Of a stretch of 64,000 nucleotides of DNA, positions 54,133-63,867 are shown one piece after another. Position 1 is the stretch's first letter. The number at the start of each line of letters is the position of its first letter. The notes beneath the pieces are model-generated. The model saw only the letters and a list, made by a program, of their open reading frames with translations. It did no database searches and was not told the origin of the DNA. Source of the stretch: Brevibacterium luteolum (lineage in GTDB: Bacteria > Actinomycetota > Actinomycetes > Actinomycetales > Brevibacteriaceae); contig NZ_JABEMC010000001.1 in assembly GCF_013004595.1 (NCBI RefSeq), positions 124,001 through 188,000 of the forward strand, given 5' to 3'. Both the position numbers and the translations under genes were made by a program.

Positions 54133-56454
54133 ATGGTGTCATCTGTCTCAGAATCCTCCAACAAGGTCGCGGCGCTGTTCCAGTTCATCGCCGTCAGCGT
54201 CATCGCCGGCGTTGTCGGTGCAGGACTGGCGATCCCCTCCGTCGGCGTCGCATCGATGGGAGCCGATGCCGGTGTCGAGCTGTTCAGCGCACTGCCGGCC
54301 GAACTCGACGAGCGCCCGCTCGCCGAGCAGTCCCGCATGCTCGCCTCCGACGGCTCGGAGATCGCGACCTTCTACTGGCAGAACCGCAAGGAAGTCGCCC
54401 TCGATGACATCTCCGAGCAGATGCAGCAGGCGACTGTGGCCGTTGAGGATGAGCGCTTCTTCGAACACGGCGGCGTCGACCTGCAGGGCATCGCCCGCGC
54501 AGTGGTCTACAACCTGCTCTCCGATGACACCCAGGGCGGTTCGACACTGACGCAGCAGTACGTCAAGAACGTGCTGAGCGAGAACGCCAACGCTGAGGAC
54601 GAGAGCAACCGCGCAGCGATTGAAGAGGCCACCGAGAGCTCCGGTGCAGCCGGATACGCCCGCAAGCTCCGCGAGGCGAAGCTGGCTGCGGCCGTGGAGA
54701 ACAAGTACAGCAAGCATGAGATCCTCAACCGCTACCTCAACATCAACAACTACTCCGGCACCCCGCGCGTCTACGGCGTTGAGGCCGCGGCTCAGCGCTA
54801 CTGGGGCATTTCGGCGAAGGACCTGAATATCCAGCAGTCGGCCACCCTGGCCGGCATTGTGAAGAACCCGGCTGCCTTCAATCCGCAGACCAAGCCGGAG
54901 AACGCCATCGAACGCCGCAACACCGTGCTCGGACTCATGCACAAGCAGGGCAAGATCACGCAGGAGGAGTACGACGAAGCGCGCAACTCCGACCTCGAAC
55001 TCGACATTCACGAGACCCCCAACGGATGCGCGGCTGCCGGCAACAAGGGCTACTTCTGCGATTACGTCCAGCGTGTCGTGGAGAACGACCCGATCTTCGG
55101 TGAGACGAAGGAGGAGCGCCGCAACCTGCTGCAGCGCGGCGGCCTGACGATCAAGACGACGCTCGACCCGAAGATGCAGAACGAAGCCGACAAGGCCGTG
55201 AAGAAGCGGGTTCCGGTCGGCGATCCCTCCGGTGCCGGTCACACCATCGTCTCCGTCGAGCCTGGTTCCGGCAAGGTGCTCTCGATGGCACAGAACCGCA
55301 ACTACACGGCGTCTGAGGGCAAGAAGGGCTCTGACACCCAGATCAACTTCAACGTCGACAACTCCCACAACGGCGCCAACGGCTTCCAGGTGGGTTCGAC
55401 GTGGAAGCCGTTCGTGCTGACCGAATGGCTCAAGGAGGGCAAGACCCTCGGCTCGACGGTCAACGCGACCAAGCGCGAGTACGCTGCCGGGTCATGGAAG
55501 TACCGTGGCTGCGACAACAACGGGGCGAAGTGGAATCCGAACAACGCCGGCGACGGCGGTGGCAACTCCGCGATGACCGCACTCGACGCCACCCGCAAGT
55601 CCGTCAACACCGGTTATGCGGCCATGGCCAACCAGCTTGACATGTGCGGGATCATGAAGACCGCCACCGACCTGGGCATCAAGTACGGAAACGGCTCGCC
55701 GCTGGACACGAAGCTCCAGGATGGTACGACTGACGCCCTCAAGCCCGCCTCGGTGCTGGGCATCGTGCAGGTCGCGCCGATCGACATGGCCAGCGCATAC
55801 GCAGTGTATGCCTCAGGCGGCACCTACTGCCGCCCGACCCCCATCACCGAGATCACCGATTCGGAAGGTGAGAAGGTCGACGTGCCGAAGGCCGACTGCA
55901 AGAAGGTGCTCGATAAGAAGGTCGCCGATTCGGTTGCCTGGGCGCTTTCGCAGACGTTCAACGGCGGCACCACCTCCTCACTGCGGATCGGCGCGCCGGC
56001 TGGTGCGAAGACCGGTACGACGAACTTCGAAGTCGGTTCGACCTGGCTCGTCGGCTTCACCCGGAAGATCTCGACTGCGGTGTGGACCGGCCATCCGGAC
56101 AAAAACATGGACTGGCGAAAGAACAGCAAGGGCAAGGTCCGCGGCCGGATCTACGGTGCGACCATCTCCGGCCAGACCTGGCAGTCCTACATGAGCAAGG
56201 CCATCAAGGAGACGAAGGGCAACACCGGATTCTCCCGCCCATCTGGCACCCAGCCCGAAAGCAGCACCAAGTCCGGTGGCAGCCGCAGCGGTAACAACGG
56301 CGGCGGCAACCGCGGCGGCGGCAGCAGCAACAACAACGGCGGCGGTGGCGGCGGCAACAACGGCGGCGGTGGCGGCGGCAACAACGGCGGCGGTGGCGGC
56401 GGCAACAACGGCGACGATGGTGGCGATGACGAGCCGCCGTCGCTCGGCGGCTGA
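54133..56454 (+). CDS. ponA: class A penicillin-binding protein (PonA2-like)
   Basis: EDERFFEHGG, GGSTLTQQ, RKLRE; STWK, SVN, KTG motifs; Gly/Asn-rich tail. Confidence 0.93.
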   Translation: MVSSVSESSNKVAALFQFIAVSVIAGVVGAGLAIPSVGVASMGADAGVELFSALPAELDERPLAEQSRMLASDGSEIATFYWQNRKEVALDDISEQMQQATVAVEDERFFEHGGVDLQGIARAVVYNLLSDDTQGGSTLTQQYVKNVLSENANAEDESNRAAIEEATESSGAAGYARKLREAKLAAAVENKYSKHEILNRYLNINNYSGTPRVYGVEAAAQRYWGISAKDLNIQQSATLAGIVKNPAAFNPQTKPENAIERRNTVLGLMHKQGKITQEEYDEARNSDLELDIHETPNGCAAAGNKGYFCDYVQRVVENDPIFGETKEERRNLLQRGGLTIKTTLDPKMQNEADKAVKKRVPVGDPSGAGHTIVSVEPGSGKVLSMAQNRNYTASEGKKGSDTQINFNVDNSHNGANGFQVGSTWKPFVLTEWLKEGKTLGSTVNATKREYAAGSWKYRGCDNNGAKWNPNNAGDGGGNSAMTALDATRKSVNTGYAAMANQLDMCGIMKTATDLGIKYGNGSPLDTKLQDGTTDALKPASVLGIVQVAPIDMASAYAVYASGGTYCRPTPITEITDSEGEKVDVPKADCKKVLDKKVADSVAWALSQTFNGGTTSSLRIGAPAGAKTGTTNFEVGSTWLVGFTRKISTAVWTGHPDKNMDWRKNSKGKVRGRIYGATISGQTWQSYMSKAIKETKGNTGFSRPSGTQPESSTKSGGSRSGNNGGGNRGGGSSNNNGGGGGGNNGGGGGGNNGGGGGGNNGDDGGDDEPPSLGG

Positions 56455-56469
56455 CGTCTGATGCTGACT

Positions 56470-56504
56470 GAGGCGGTGCAGGAACACGTTTCCTGCACCG
56501 CCTC
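56470..56504 (+). terminator. hairpin after ponA
   Basis: gaggcggtgcaggaa...ttcctgcaccgcctc. Confidence 0.7.
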
Positions 56505-56691
56505 TCGGCTGTCCGGAATGAGCCGTTGTTCGCGGCGCGCCGCTGCGAGGGGCCCAGCACCTCGCCAGCGACTCTCGCCTCGGAAGGGGGGTGCCCACAC
56601 CTCGGAAGCGGTAGCCCACACCTCGGAAGCGGTAGCCGCGTGTGAGGCGGCTGAACTAGGCTGAGGGCAGTCGAACAGAAAGGGCTCGCAC

Positions 56692-56847
56692 ATGCAGAAG
56701 TGGGAGTACGTCACCGTACCGCTCATCGTCCACGCAACGAAGCAGATCCTCGATCAGTGGGGCGAAGACGGGTATGAGCTCGTCCAGGTCATCCCCGGCC
56801 CCGACGGCAACGGTCTCGTGGCCTACCTCAAGCGCCCGAAGGCATAA
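56692..56847 (+). CDS. DUF4177 small protein (51 aa; not in ORF track)
   Basis: MQKWEYVTVPLIVHATKQILDQWGEDGYELVQV...AYLKRPKA; GAAAGGG RBS; usual neighbour of ridA. Confidence 0.85.
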   Translation: MQKWEYVTVPLIVHATKQILDQWGEDGYELVQVIPGPDGNGLVAYLKRPKA

Positions 56848-56858
56848 GGAGACGACAG

Positions 56859-57344
56859 ATGGCACGCATTGAACAGCAGCTGGACAAGCTCGGAGTCGAA
56901 CTTCCCGAGGTGGCGAAGCCTGCGGGTGTGTATGTCCCGGCCGTGCGGTCAGGCGACTATGTGTACACCTCCGGACAGCTTCCGTTCGTCGACGGTGAGC
57001 TCAAGGTCACCGGCAAGCTCGGTGGCGGGGTAAGCATCGAGGACGGCTATGAGGCCGCCAAGCTCGCTGCCGTCAACGGACTGGCCGCGGTCAAGTCCGT
57101 CATCGGCGATCTCGATGAGGTCGAGCAGATCGTCAAGGTCACCGGTTTCGTCAACTCGGCAGCCGACTTCGCCGACCACCCGAAGGTCGTCAACGGCGCC
57201 TCCGAGTTCCTCGGCGAGGTATTCGGTGCCCGTGGCGAGCACGCACGCAGCGCCGTGGGCGTGGCCGCACTGCCGATGGACACGCCAGTCGAGGTGGAGA
57301 TGATCGTCAAGGTCCGGCCGTCCGAGGCGAAGCCGGGTCTGTGA
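56859..57344 (+). CDS. RidA/YjgF family protein
   Basis: YTSGQLP, KVTGFVNS, NGAS, HARSAVGV, PVEVE. Confidence 0.9.
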   Translation: MARIEQQLDKLGVELPEVAKPAGVYVPAVRSGDYVYTSGQLPFVDGELKVTGKLGGGVSIEDGYEAAKLAAVNGLAAVKSVIGDLDEVEQIVKVTGFVNSAADFADHPKVVNGASEFLGEVFGARGEHARSAVGVAALPMDTPVEVEMIVKVRPSEAKPGL

Positions 57345-57366
57345 CCGCCTGGCTACCGGAGACTCG

Positions 57367-58326
57367 ATGAGTCCCCATCGTCTGACACGGCATCGCCCGG
57401 CGCGAGAGCTACCGGTTTCGCAGCAGCTGTCCCATCTGCTCAACCTCTTCGCGTCGGGCGAGACCGTGCCCACCCCCTCGGTGCCGATTCCTGCTGCAGC
57501 CGTCATCTGCGTGCGCGACACCCCTGGAGGCATCCAGGTGTTCGTCACGCGGCAGGCCGATGCGCCGGGGCTGATCGATAAGAACCGGTGGGCGTTCCCG
57601 TCTGCCGAACTGCACCCTGAGGACATCCATCACCTGCCTCTGGCTGTGTGGGATGCAGCCAAGTGCGCCCGGCTGCTGCGGAAGGACAACACCACGAAGG
57701 CGCTCAACTACTTCGCCACGGCGGCACGTGCGGCACTGGAGCTGCTCGGCGTGCTGCTTGCTGAGGACGTCGATGGGCGGATCATCTCATCGACGGACAC
57801 CCCGTTGTGGGAGGACAGCCGGCAGAAGCTGGTGACCGGCCGGGCACGGCTCGGGCAGCTGGTTGCCGAGCGCGACCTCAAAATGCGCCTGGACCTGCTC
57901 TCACCGTGGATGCGGTGGGTGAACACACCGTGGCAGCTGCGCCGCCACGACACGATCTTCTTCATCTGCGCTGTGCCGCACGGGCAGACCGTCTCCTTCC
58001 GGTCGGTCAATGAATCGTGGGGCGGGTGGATGGCCCCGGCGAAGGTGCTGGAGAACGCTGACCCCGAGCACGCCGAATACATCTCCGCTGCCACGAGGCT
58101 GGTGTGTGAGAGCCTCGCCCGGACGCCGACCGTCGGTTCGGCGATGGCGCGGGTGCGCGATGTCTCGCCGATCCTGCCGGAGATCGTCCGGCACGATGAC
58201 CAGTGGTGGGTGTCGCTGTCTGATCGGGCTGATCCCTCGGAGCGCGGCCGCATCCGCGACGTCGGCAAGGTCGTGACGGAATCCGATCTGGAGAAGAGCT
58301 CGGGACTGTTCGGCGCAGAGAGCTGA
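57367..58326 (+). CDS. Nudix-fold protein with degenerate Nudix box
   Basis: AAVI..RD, WAFP, W.RWVNTP...RRHDTIFF; expected position between ridA and MBL gene. Confidence 0.65.
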   Translation: MSPHRLTRHRPARELPVSQQLSHLLNLFASGETVPTPSVPIPAAAVICVRDTPGGIQVFVTRQADAPGLIDKNRWAFPSAELHPEDIHHLPLAVWDAAKCARLLRKDNTTKALNYFATAARAALELLGVLLAEDVDGRIISSTDTPLWEDSRQKLVTGRARLGQLVAERDLKMRLDLLSPWMRWVNTPWQLRRHDTIFFICAVPHGQTVSFRSVNESWGGWMAPAKVLENADPEHAEYISAATRLVCESLARTPTVGSAMARVRDVSPILPEIVRHDDQWWVSLSDRADPSERGRIRDVGKVVTESDLEKSSGLFGAES

Positions 58327-58408
58327 CACCGGTGCAGCAGGCGGCTCGGGTAGCAGGTGGTTCCGGCGCTTGTGTTGCCGTCGCGGCCCGAACGTGCGGG
58401 GCCGCACG

Positions 58409-59998
58409 TCATTCGGGGAAGAGTGTGACTGGGTCGGCTAGTTCGGCTTGGAATCGGGAGTGGAAGAGCGGGCGCTGGGTTCGGTCGAGTGTCTGGGGTG
58501 GTATCCAGGCGGGTAGTCCGTTGAGGAGTGTGGATCGCCAGCCGTGGCGTTCGTGCCAGGCGTGGTGGAATCGGCAGAGCAGTGTGAGGTTGTTCAGATC
58601 GGTGGGTCCGCCGTGGTGGTGGGCGTGCATGTGGTGGGCTTCGCACCAGCCGACGGGGATATCGCAGTCGGGGAAGCTGCAGCCGCGGTCGCGTGCTTTG
58701 AGCAGTGTCATTTGGGTTGCGGTGGCGAAGCGGCCTTCTGTGCGGACCTTGACGTCGCGGGTGCCTGGTCTGGTGGAGGAGTAGTAGAACTTGCCTCCAG
58801 GGGAGAGCTGCAGGATGTCTTCGAGTCGTGTGTGGCCGCCTGCGGCTTCGACTTCGCCTTCACCGCGTGCGAGCTGTTCAGCTGTGGCGGTGACGACGAG
58901 AGCGTAGGAGCCGGCACCGGTGGGTTCGCAGGCGCCGCGGGTGATGAGGACTGAGAACCGGTCGTGGCGGCGTGCTCCGTCGGGACGGGTGTCGTCGAAG
59001 ACCGGTGCGATGGTCGGGCTGCCATCGGTTGTGGCTGCGTTCGGTTGGCAGCCGGCGTCCTCCCAGGAGTCCGCGAACGGATCCATGGCGGGTGGGCCGA
59101 ACGATGAGCCAGCGGCATCGAGGTGCCCGGCACCGGCCACAGTGGAGTCATCTTCTTCAGGGGACGCGGAGCCACCTTGTGGATTGTCTGCTGCAGTGCG
59201 GACTGTCTCAACGATATCGGCAGGGCCTTGTTGGCGGTTGGTCAGCAGTGCGTTGAGGGTCAGCCCGGTTGTCGAGTCGAGAAGACCGCGCAGGATCCAG
59301 TCGCCATTGGTCTTCTGGTTGACGGTGACGAAATAGTCATCCGGGTGGCTGGGTTCGGTTTCGAGTTTCCCGTCTGGGTCGAGGTAGCCGAGGATGCGCT
59401 TGCCGAGCACCCGGAATTCCTCCACCCGCAGGCCTGGGGCATTTTCAACCAGCACACGCTCGACGGCGGGTTCGTGCTCGGCGCGCACGCGAGGTGGCAG
59501 CGCATCGATCTGTTTGATGATCGCTTGGGCCTGATCGACCGAGATGGTGCCTGCCTGCAGGCAGGCAGCAACTTCCGGCAGCTGGGCCGGGATCGGCTGA
59601 CCGGTCGTGCTGTGATGCTCCGTTAAGCAGCGAGCCATCGACAGCCGGCGACGGGCCTCGTACGTGGTGATGCGCATCTTCTGCTTCAGCAGTGCCGGCA
59701 GCTTCCGCACACCGTAGTGGCTGGGCTCGATCTGCTGGGACATGAGGCGCGTGCTCTGAGCGGTGGCCGATTCGAGTTTCCGGCGGACGAGCTCAAGTCC
59801 CTTGCCGATCGCGATCGCCGCGGCGCTGTCCAGGGCGGCATTGTGCTGGATCGTGGCGCCGGTGTCCTCTAGTGCCGTGACCGCAGCCAACAGTTCGGGG
59901 CAGTGCGCCTTCAGCTGTGCGATGTCGGCAGCATCGAGGAACTCCGGATGGGCCTCAGCGGGCTGGGCTCCCTCGGCGGGAACAGGTTCGGCGGTCAT
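58409..59998 (-). CDS. DUF222 (13E12-repeat) HNH endonuclease
   Basis: ARDRGCSFPDC...CEAHH...GGPTDLNNLTLLCRFHH; N-terminal DUF222-type region (LDPDG); AAGGAGG RBS. Confidence 0.88.
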   Translation of the reverse strand: MTAEPVPAEGAQPAEAHPEFLDAADIAQLKAHCPELLAAVTALEDTGATIQHNAALDSAAAIAIGKGLELVRRKLESATAQSTRLMSQQIEPSHYGVRKLPALLKQKMRITTYEARRRLSMARCLTEHHSTTGQPIPAQLPEVAACLQAGTISVDQAQAIIKQIDALPPRVRAEHEPAVERVLVENAPGLRVEEFRVLGKRILGYLDPDGKLETEPSHPDDYFVTVNQKTNGDWILRGLLDSTTGLTLNALLTNRQQGPADIVETVRTAADNPQGGSASPEEDDSTVAGAGHLDAAGSSFGPPAMDPFADSWEDAGCQPNAATTDGSPTIAPVFDDTRPDGARRHDRFSVLITRGACEPTGAGSYALVVTATAEQLARGEGEVEAAGGHTRLEDILQLSPGGKFYYSSTRPGTRDVKVRTEGRFATATQMTLLKARDRGCSFPDCDIPVGWCEAHHMHAHHHGGPTDLNNLTLLCRFHHAWHERHGWRSTLLNGLPAWIPPQTLDRTQRPLFHSRFQAELADPVTLFPE

Positions 59999-60310
59999 GG
60001 CAGATCACCTCCTTCGGTGTATCTGCCTCCAACCTAGATTGAGGCACTGACATCACTACCACAGAACGCCCCTGAATTGGCGCCTTCCCGCCTAAAGAAT
60101 CGAGAGAATCCACTATCATCCCTGGTCAGAGCGCTGAGAGAAAAATTCTGAGAAATTTTCCGGAGGTGGCGCCCGGTTCGAGATCTGACCGCTGGCAGCC
60201 GTGTCCGGGGGTGCCGATAGACTGTCGAGCACACCGGATCCCAGCAGCTATCGGGATCCCAGACAGATCAGCAGGCCAAAGCCGCACACTGTTCGGCAAG
60301 GGAGGCAACG

Positions 60311-61081
60311 ATGCCCACGCGCACGCTGCGGATCACCGCAGACAATCCTTCGGCGATGACGCTGGAGGGAACGAATACCTACCTGCTCACCAGCGCTGAC
60401 GACGCCTCGGCCCTGCTCATCGACCCCGGCCCAGAACTCGCTGAGCACCGGGCGAACATCCTCGACGCGATCGCCGGCCGGTGCCTGTCTGCCGTCGTCT
60501 TCACCCACCGGCACGCCGACCACACCGAGATGTTCCACACCGTGAGCGAATGGGCCCCGGACACCGCCTGCCACGCCGTGCTGCCCGAGTTCTGCCGGGG
60601 CGCCGATCCGCTCATAGACGGCCAGCAGCTGTCCTTCGGATCCGACCACGCAGACGCCGTGACGATCCTCGCCACCCCAGGGCACACCTCGGATTCGGTG
60701 AGCCTGCTCTTCGGCTCCTCGCTCTTCACCGGCGACACAGTGCTCGGCGAGGGCACGACGATGATCGCCCACCCGGAGGGCTCGCTGGGGGACTACATGG
60801 CCAGTCTCGCGCGCCTGCGCGGGCTCGTCAGCGATGGGGTCGTCGACCGCATCGAACCGGCCCACGGGCCGGCGCGCACGGATGCCGCGGCGGTGCTCGA
60901 CTACTACATCAGCCACCGCCACGAGCGCATCGAACAGGTGCGCGGACTGCTGGAGGACGGCCACTCCTCGGCGGAGGAGATCTGCGACGCCGTCTACGCC
61001 CAGGTGCCGGACTCGGTGCGCCCGGCGGCCCTGCAGATCGTGCGGGCGCAGCTGGCCTACATCGACGAGCTCGACGGCTGA
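60311..61081 (+). CDS. MBL-fold metallo-hydrolase
   Basis: NPSAMTLEGTNT, THRHADH, TPGHT, GD, PAHG. Confidence 0.9.
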   Translation: MPTRTLRITADNPSAMTLEGTNTYLLTSADDASALLIDPGPELAEHRANILDAIAGRCLSAVVFTHRHADHTEMFHTVSEWAPDTACHAVLPEFCRGADPLIDGQQLSFGSDHADAVTILATPGHTSDSVSLLFGSSLFTGDTVLGEGTTMIAHPEGSLGDYMASLARLRGLVSDGVVDRIEPAHGPARTDAAAVLDYYISHRHERIEQVRGLLEDGHSSAEEICDAVYAQVPDSVRPAALQIVRAQLAYIDELDG

Positions 61082-61099
61082 ACCGCAGCACCAACAGCA

Positions 61100-61128
61100 G
61101 AACGCCCGGACATCGTGTCCGGGCGTTC
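61100..61128. terminator. bidirectional hairpin between MBL gene and crp
   Basis: gaacgcccggaca-tcg-tgtccgggcgttc. Confidence 0.7.
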
Positions 61129-61159
61129 GCGGCTGCGTTCAGGTGCTCAGCAGCTCAGA

Positions 61160-61837
61160 TCAGTGGGCGCGGTTGCTCAGGCGCTCCTGGTCGAGGATGA
61201 CGACGGCGCGCGCCTCCAGACGTAGCCAGCCGCGAGCGGCGAAGTCAGCCAGGGCCTTATTGACGGTCTCACGCGAGGCGCCGACCAGCTGGGCGAGCTC
61301 TTCCTGCGTGAGGTCGTGGGCGACGAGCGTGCCGTCCGGACCCTGCTTGCCGAAGCGCTCGGCCAGGTCGAGCAGCGCCTTGGCCACGCGGCCGGGCACG
61401 TCGGAGAACACGAGGTCGCCGACGGTGTCATTGGTGCGGCGCAGGCGCTGAGCCAGGGCGCGCAAGAGGTTCATCGCGGCCTGCGGGCGCTCCTCGAGCC
61501 AGGTCATGAGGTCGTTGTGCTCCAGGCTCAGCAGCTCGGTCTGCGACACGGCGGTCACCGTCGTCGAGCGGGTGCCCGGGTCGAACAGCGTCAGCTCGCC
61601 GATCATCTCACCAGGGCCGACGACCGACAGCAGGTTCTCGCGGCCGTCCGGCGACTCGCGGCCGACCTTGAGCTTGCCGGTGGAGACGATGTAGAGCTCG
61701 TTGCCGGAATCGCCCTCGCGGAACAGCACGGTGCCCCGGCGCAGGCTGCGCGGCTTCATGAACTTCAGCAGCGCGCTCGTCGATTCATCATCAAGACCCG
61801 CAAACAGCGTGGCATTCCGGACTACTTCGATATCCAC
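61160..61837 (-). CDS. crp: Crp/Fnr family cAMP receptor (GlxR orthologue)
   Basis: GE(L/M)...R cNMP site; DLVFSDVPGRVAK; TQEELAQLVGASRETVNKAL HTH. Confidence 0.93.
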   Translation of the reverse strand: MDIEVVRNATLFAGLDDESTSALLKFMKPRSLRRGTVLFREGDSGNELYIVSTGKLKVGRESPDGRENLLSVVGPGEMIGELTLFDPGTRSTTVTAVSQTELLSLEHNDLMTWLEERPQAAMNLLRALAQRLRRTNDTVGDLVFSDVPGRVAKALLDLAERFGKQGPDGTLVAHDLTQEELAQLVGASRETVNKALADFAARGWLRLEARAVVILDQERLSNRAH

Positions 61838-62027
61838 AGTTCCTCCTGAGGTCTTCCCTCACATACGTTTGTCGCCGATGTGTCCCACCGCACACTCTAC
61901 TTGATGCCGGTGCCGGCGTCATGCCTGTTACCCGGCCGTAGAGCATGTGCGATCCTAACAGGCGCCCGGCCTGCGATCGCGGGTTTGGCCGCACTGCGGA
62001 ACAGAGTTCTCCACGAGCTGAAACGCA

Positions 62028-62177
62028 CCGTTCCCGAGGCGGTTCCCACCTCCGCTCCGGAGGTGGTGGACACTCCGCTCCGCAGGTGGTGGATACCCCG
62101 TGCCCGAGGCGGTTGGCACCCCGTGCCCGAGGCAGGGGTGACCTCCCAGCGGTGGGTGACCGGCGCCTCGGGCGCGG
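62028..62177. repeat. array of five tandem 23-24 bp units plus one inverted unit of the dispersed repeat
   Basis: units start 62028, 62052, 62075, 62098, 62121 (ccgtgcccgaggcggt-like); inverted copy 62155-62177. Confidence 0.75.
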
Positions 62178-62197
62178 GGATCGATAAGGTGGGAGAC

Positions 62198-62971
62198 ATG
62201 CTGAGTGTCGCGGAGAAGAGTGCGCGCCGATTCGCCAAGGAGACGCCGCTGGGGCGGACGAGGCGGGCGCGGAAGATCCACCGGATTCTGGCCGAGGTGT
62301 ACCCGAACGCCCGCTGCGAGCTGGACTTCGAGACCCCGTTCCAGCTGCTCGTCGCCACTGTGCTGTCGGCGCAGACGACCGATATCCGGGTGAATTCGGT
62401 GACCCCGGGCCTGTTCGCGGCGTTCCCCGACGCTGAGGCGCTGGCGGCTGCCCGGATCGAGGATGTCGAGCAGCTCATCCGCTCGACCGGGTTCTACCGG
62501 TCGAAGGCGAAGAACATCGTGCGGCTCGCAGGCGAGCTCGTCGACCGGTTCGGCGGCGAGGTCCCGGCGAACCAGAAGGACCTCGTGAGCCTGCCGGGCA
62601 CAGGAGTGAAGACGGCCAATGTGGTGCTCGGCAACGCCTTCGACATTCCCGGGCTGACCGTCGATACGCACCTTGGGCGCCTCGCCCGCCGGATGGGGTT
62701 CACCACGCAGGAGGACCCGGCGAAGGTCGAGGCCGATGTCGTCGCACTGTTTCCGAAGAAGGATCTGACACTGCTGTCGCACCGGATGATCTTCCACGGC
62801 CGCCGGATCTGCCATTCACGCCGGCCGGCCTGCGGCGCATGCCCGATCGCCAAACTGTGCCCGAGCTTCGGGATCGGCGAGCTCGACCCGGCCAAGGCAG
62901 AGAAGATGCTGCGCTACGAGATGGCCCCGAAAGCCGAGCCGGAGCAGCCGACCCCGGAGGCCCAGGCGTGA
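62198..62971 (+). CDS. nth: endonuclease III
   Basis: LSAQTTD, LPG.G.KTANVVL HhH, VDTH, C-x6-C-x2-C-x5-C 4Fe-4S motif. Confidence 0.95.
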   Translation: MLSVAEKSARRFAKETPLGRTRRARKIHRILAEVYPNARCELDFETPFQLLVATVLSAQTTDIRVNSVTPGLFAAFPDAEALAAARIEDVEQLIRSTGFYRSKAKNIVRLAGELVDRFGGEVPANQKDLVSLPGTGVKTANVVLGNAFDIPGLTVDTHLGRLARRMGFTTQEDPAKVEADVVALFPKKDLTLLSHRMIFHGRRICHSRRPACGACPIAKLCPSFGIGELDPAKAEKMLRYEMAPKAEPEQPTPEAQA

Positions 62972-63675
62972 GTCTGTGGGTGCCGAGCCCCGGTGACCCG
63001 GTCAAGTCCGCGCTTGCGCGGCTGGCCGAATCCGGCGGCAATGAGGAGTGGATGCGCCGGGTCCACAAGAAGGACGATGCGCCGGTGCGCGATGCCTCTG
63101 TGCTCATGCTCTTCGGCCGCGGGCAGGCCCCGCGCACACTCGCCGGCCGCCGCGAGCAGGACCGGCTCGAACGCCTCGGGGTGGCCGATGTCGACGTGCT
63201 GCTGCTGCAGCGCTCGGCGAAGCTGCGCCACCACCCCAACCAGGTCGCCTTCCCCGGCGGCGGGCGCGATCCCGAGGACGCCGATGAGATCGCCGCAGCC
63301 CTGCGCGAGGCCGAAGAGGAGACCGGACTCGATCCCGACGGCGTCGAAGTCGTCGGCACCCTCGACCCGCTCTACATCCCGGTCAGCTCCTTCGAGGTGA
63401 CCCCGGTGCTCGCCTGGTGGCAGAACCCTTCGAACGTGTGGGTCGTCGACCACGGCGAGTCCTCGCGCGTCTACCGGGTGCCGGTCGCCGACCTCGTGGC
63501 TCCGGAGAACCGCGGCACCTTCACCGCCCCGGACCGCTCGTACCGCACCCCGGCCTTCGACGTCGGCGTGCTGCGCGTATGGGGCTTCACCGCAGCCCTT
63601 CTGGAGTTCGCGCTGGAGGAGATGGGCTGGGCCCGCGACTGGGATCGCGCAGCCCAGATCGACATCGAACTCTGA
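62968..63675 (+). CDS. CoA pyrophosphatase-type Nudix hydrolase
   Basis: LLQRS..LRHH..QVAFPGG, ALREAEEETG, VWGFTA. Confidence 0.9.
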   Translation: MSLWVPSPGDPVKSALARLAESGGNEEWMRRVHKKDDAPVRDASVLMLFGRGQAPRTLAGRREQDRLERLGVADVDVLLLQRSAKLRHHPNQVAFPGGGRDPEDADEIAAALREAEEETGLDPDGVEVVGTLDPLYIPVSSFEVTPVLAWWQNPSNVWVVDHGESSRVYRVPVADLVAPENRGTFTAPDRSYRTPAFDVGVLRVWGFTAALLEFALEEMGWARDWDRAAQIDIEL

Positions 63676-63701
63676 GGCGCCCCGAGCCGCCCAGACACGA
63701 C

Positions 63702-63734
63702 TGAAGCCTGCATCCGCACAGGATGCAGGCTTCA
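63702..63734. terminator. hairpin after Nudix gene
   Basis: tgaagcctgcatcc...ggatgcaggcttca. Confidence 0.7.
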
Positions 63735-63867
63735 ATCAGTGGCTCTCATGGGCTCCCAGCAGGTGAGCCGGACTCAGCACGGGAACGTGACCAAGTCCGG
63801 GAACCGGCGCCCACTGCGGCACCGAACCTCCGCCTCGGGAGCGGAACCGGCACCTCGGAACCGGAAC

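Noticed and set aside
56293..56420. GGC/AAC repeats at the ponA 3' end, and PPRRPG repeats at 17909-17980
   Set aside because: Ordinary low-complexity coding tails, unrelated to the dispersed repeat.
62028..62177. Possible CRISPR array
   Set aside because: Units are directly adjacent and degenerate, with no unique spacers and no cas genes in the window.
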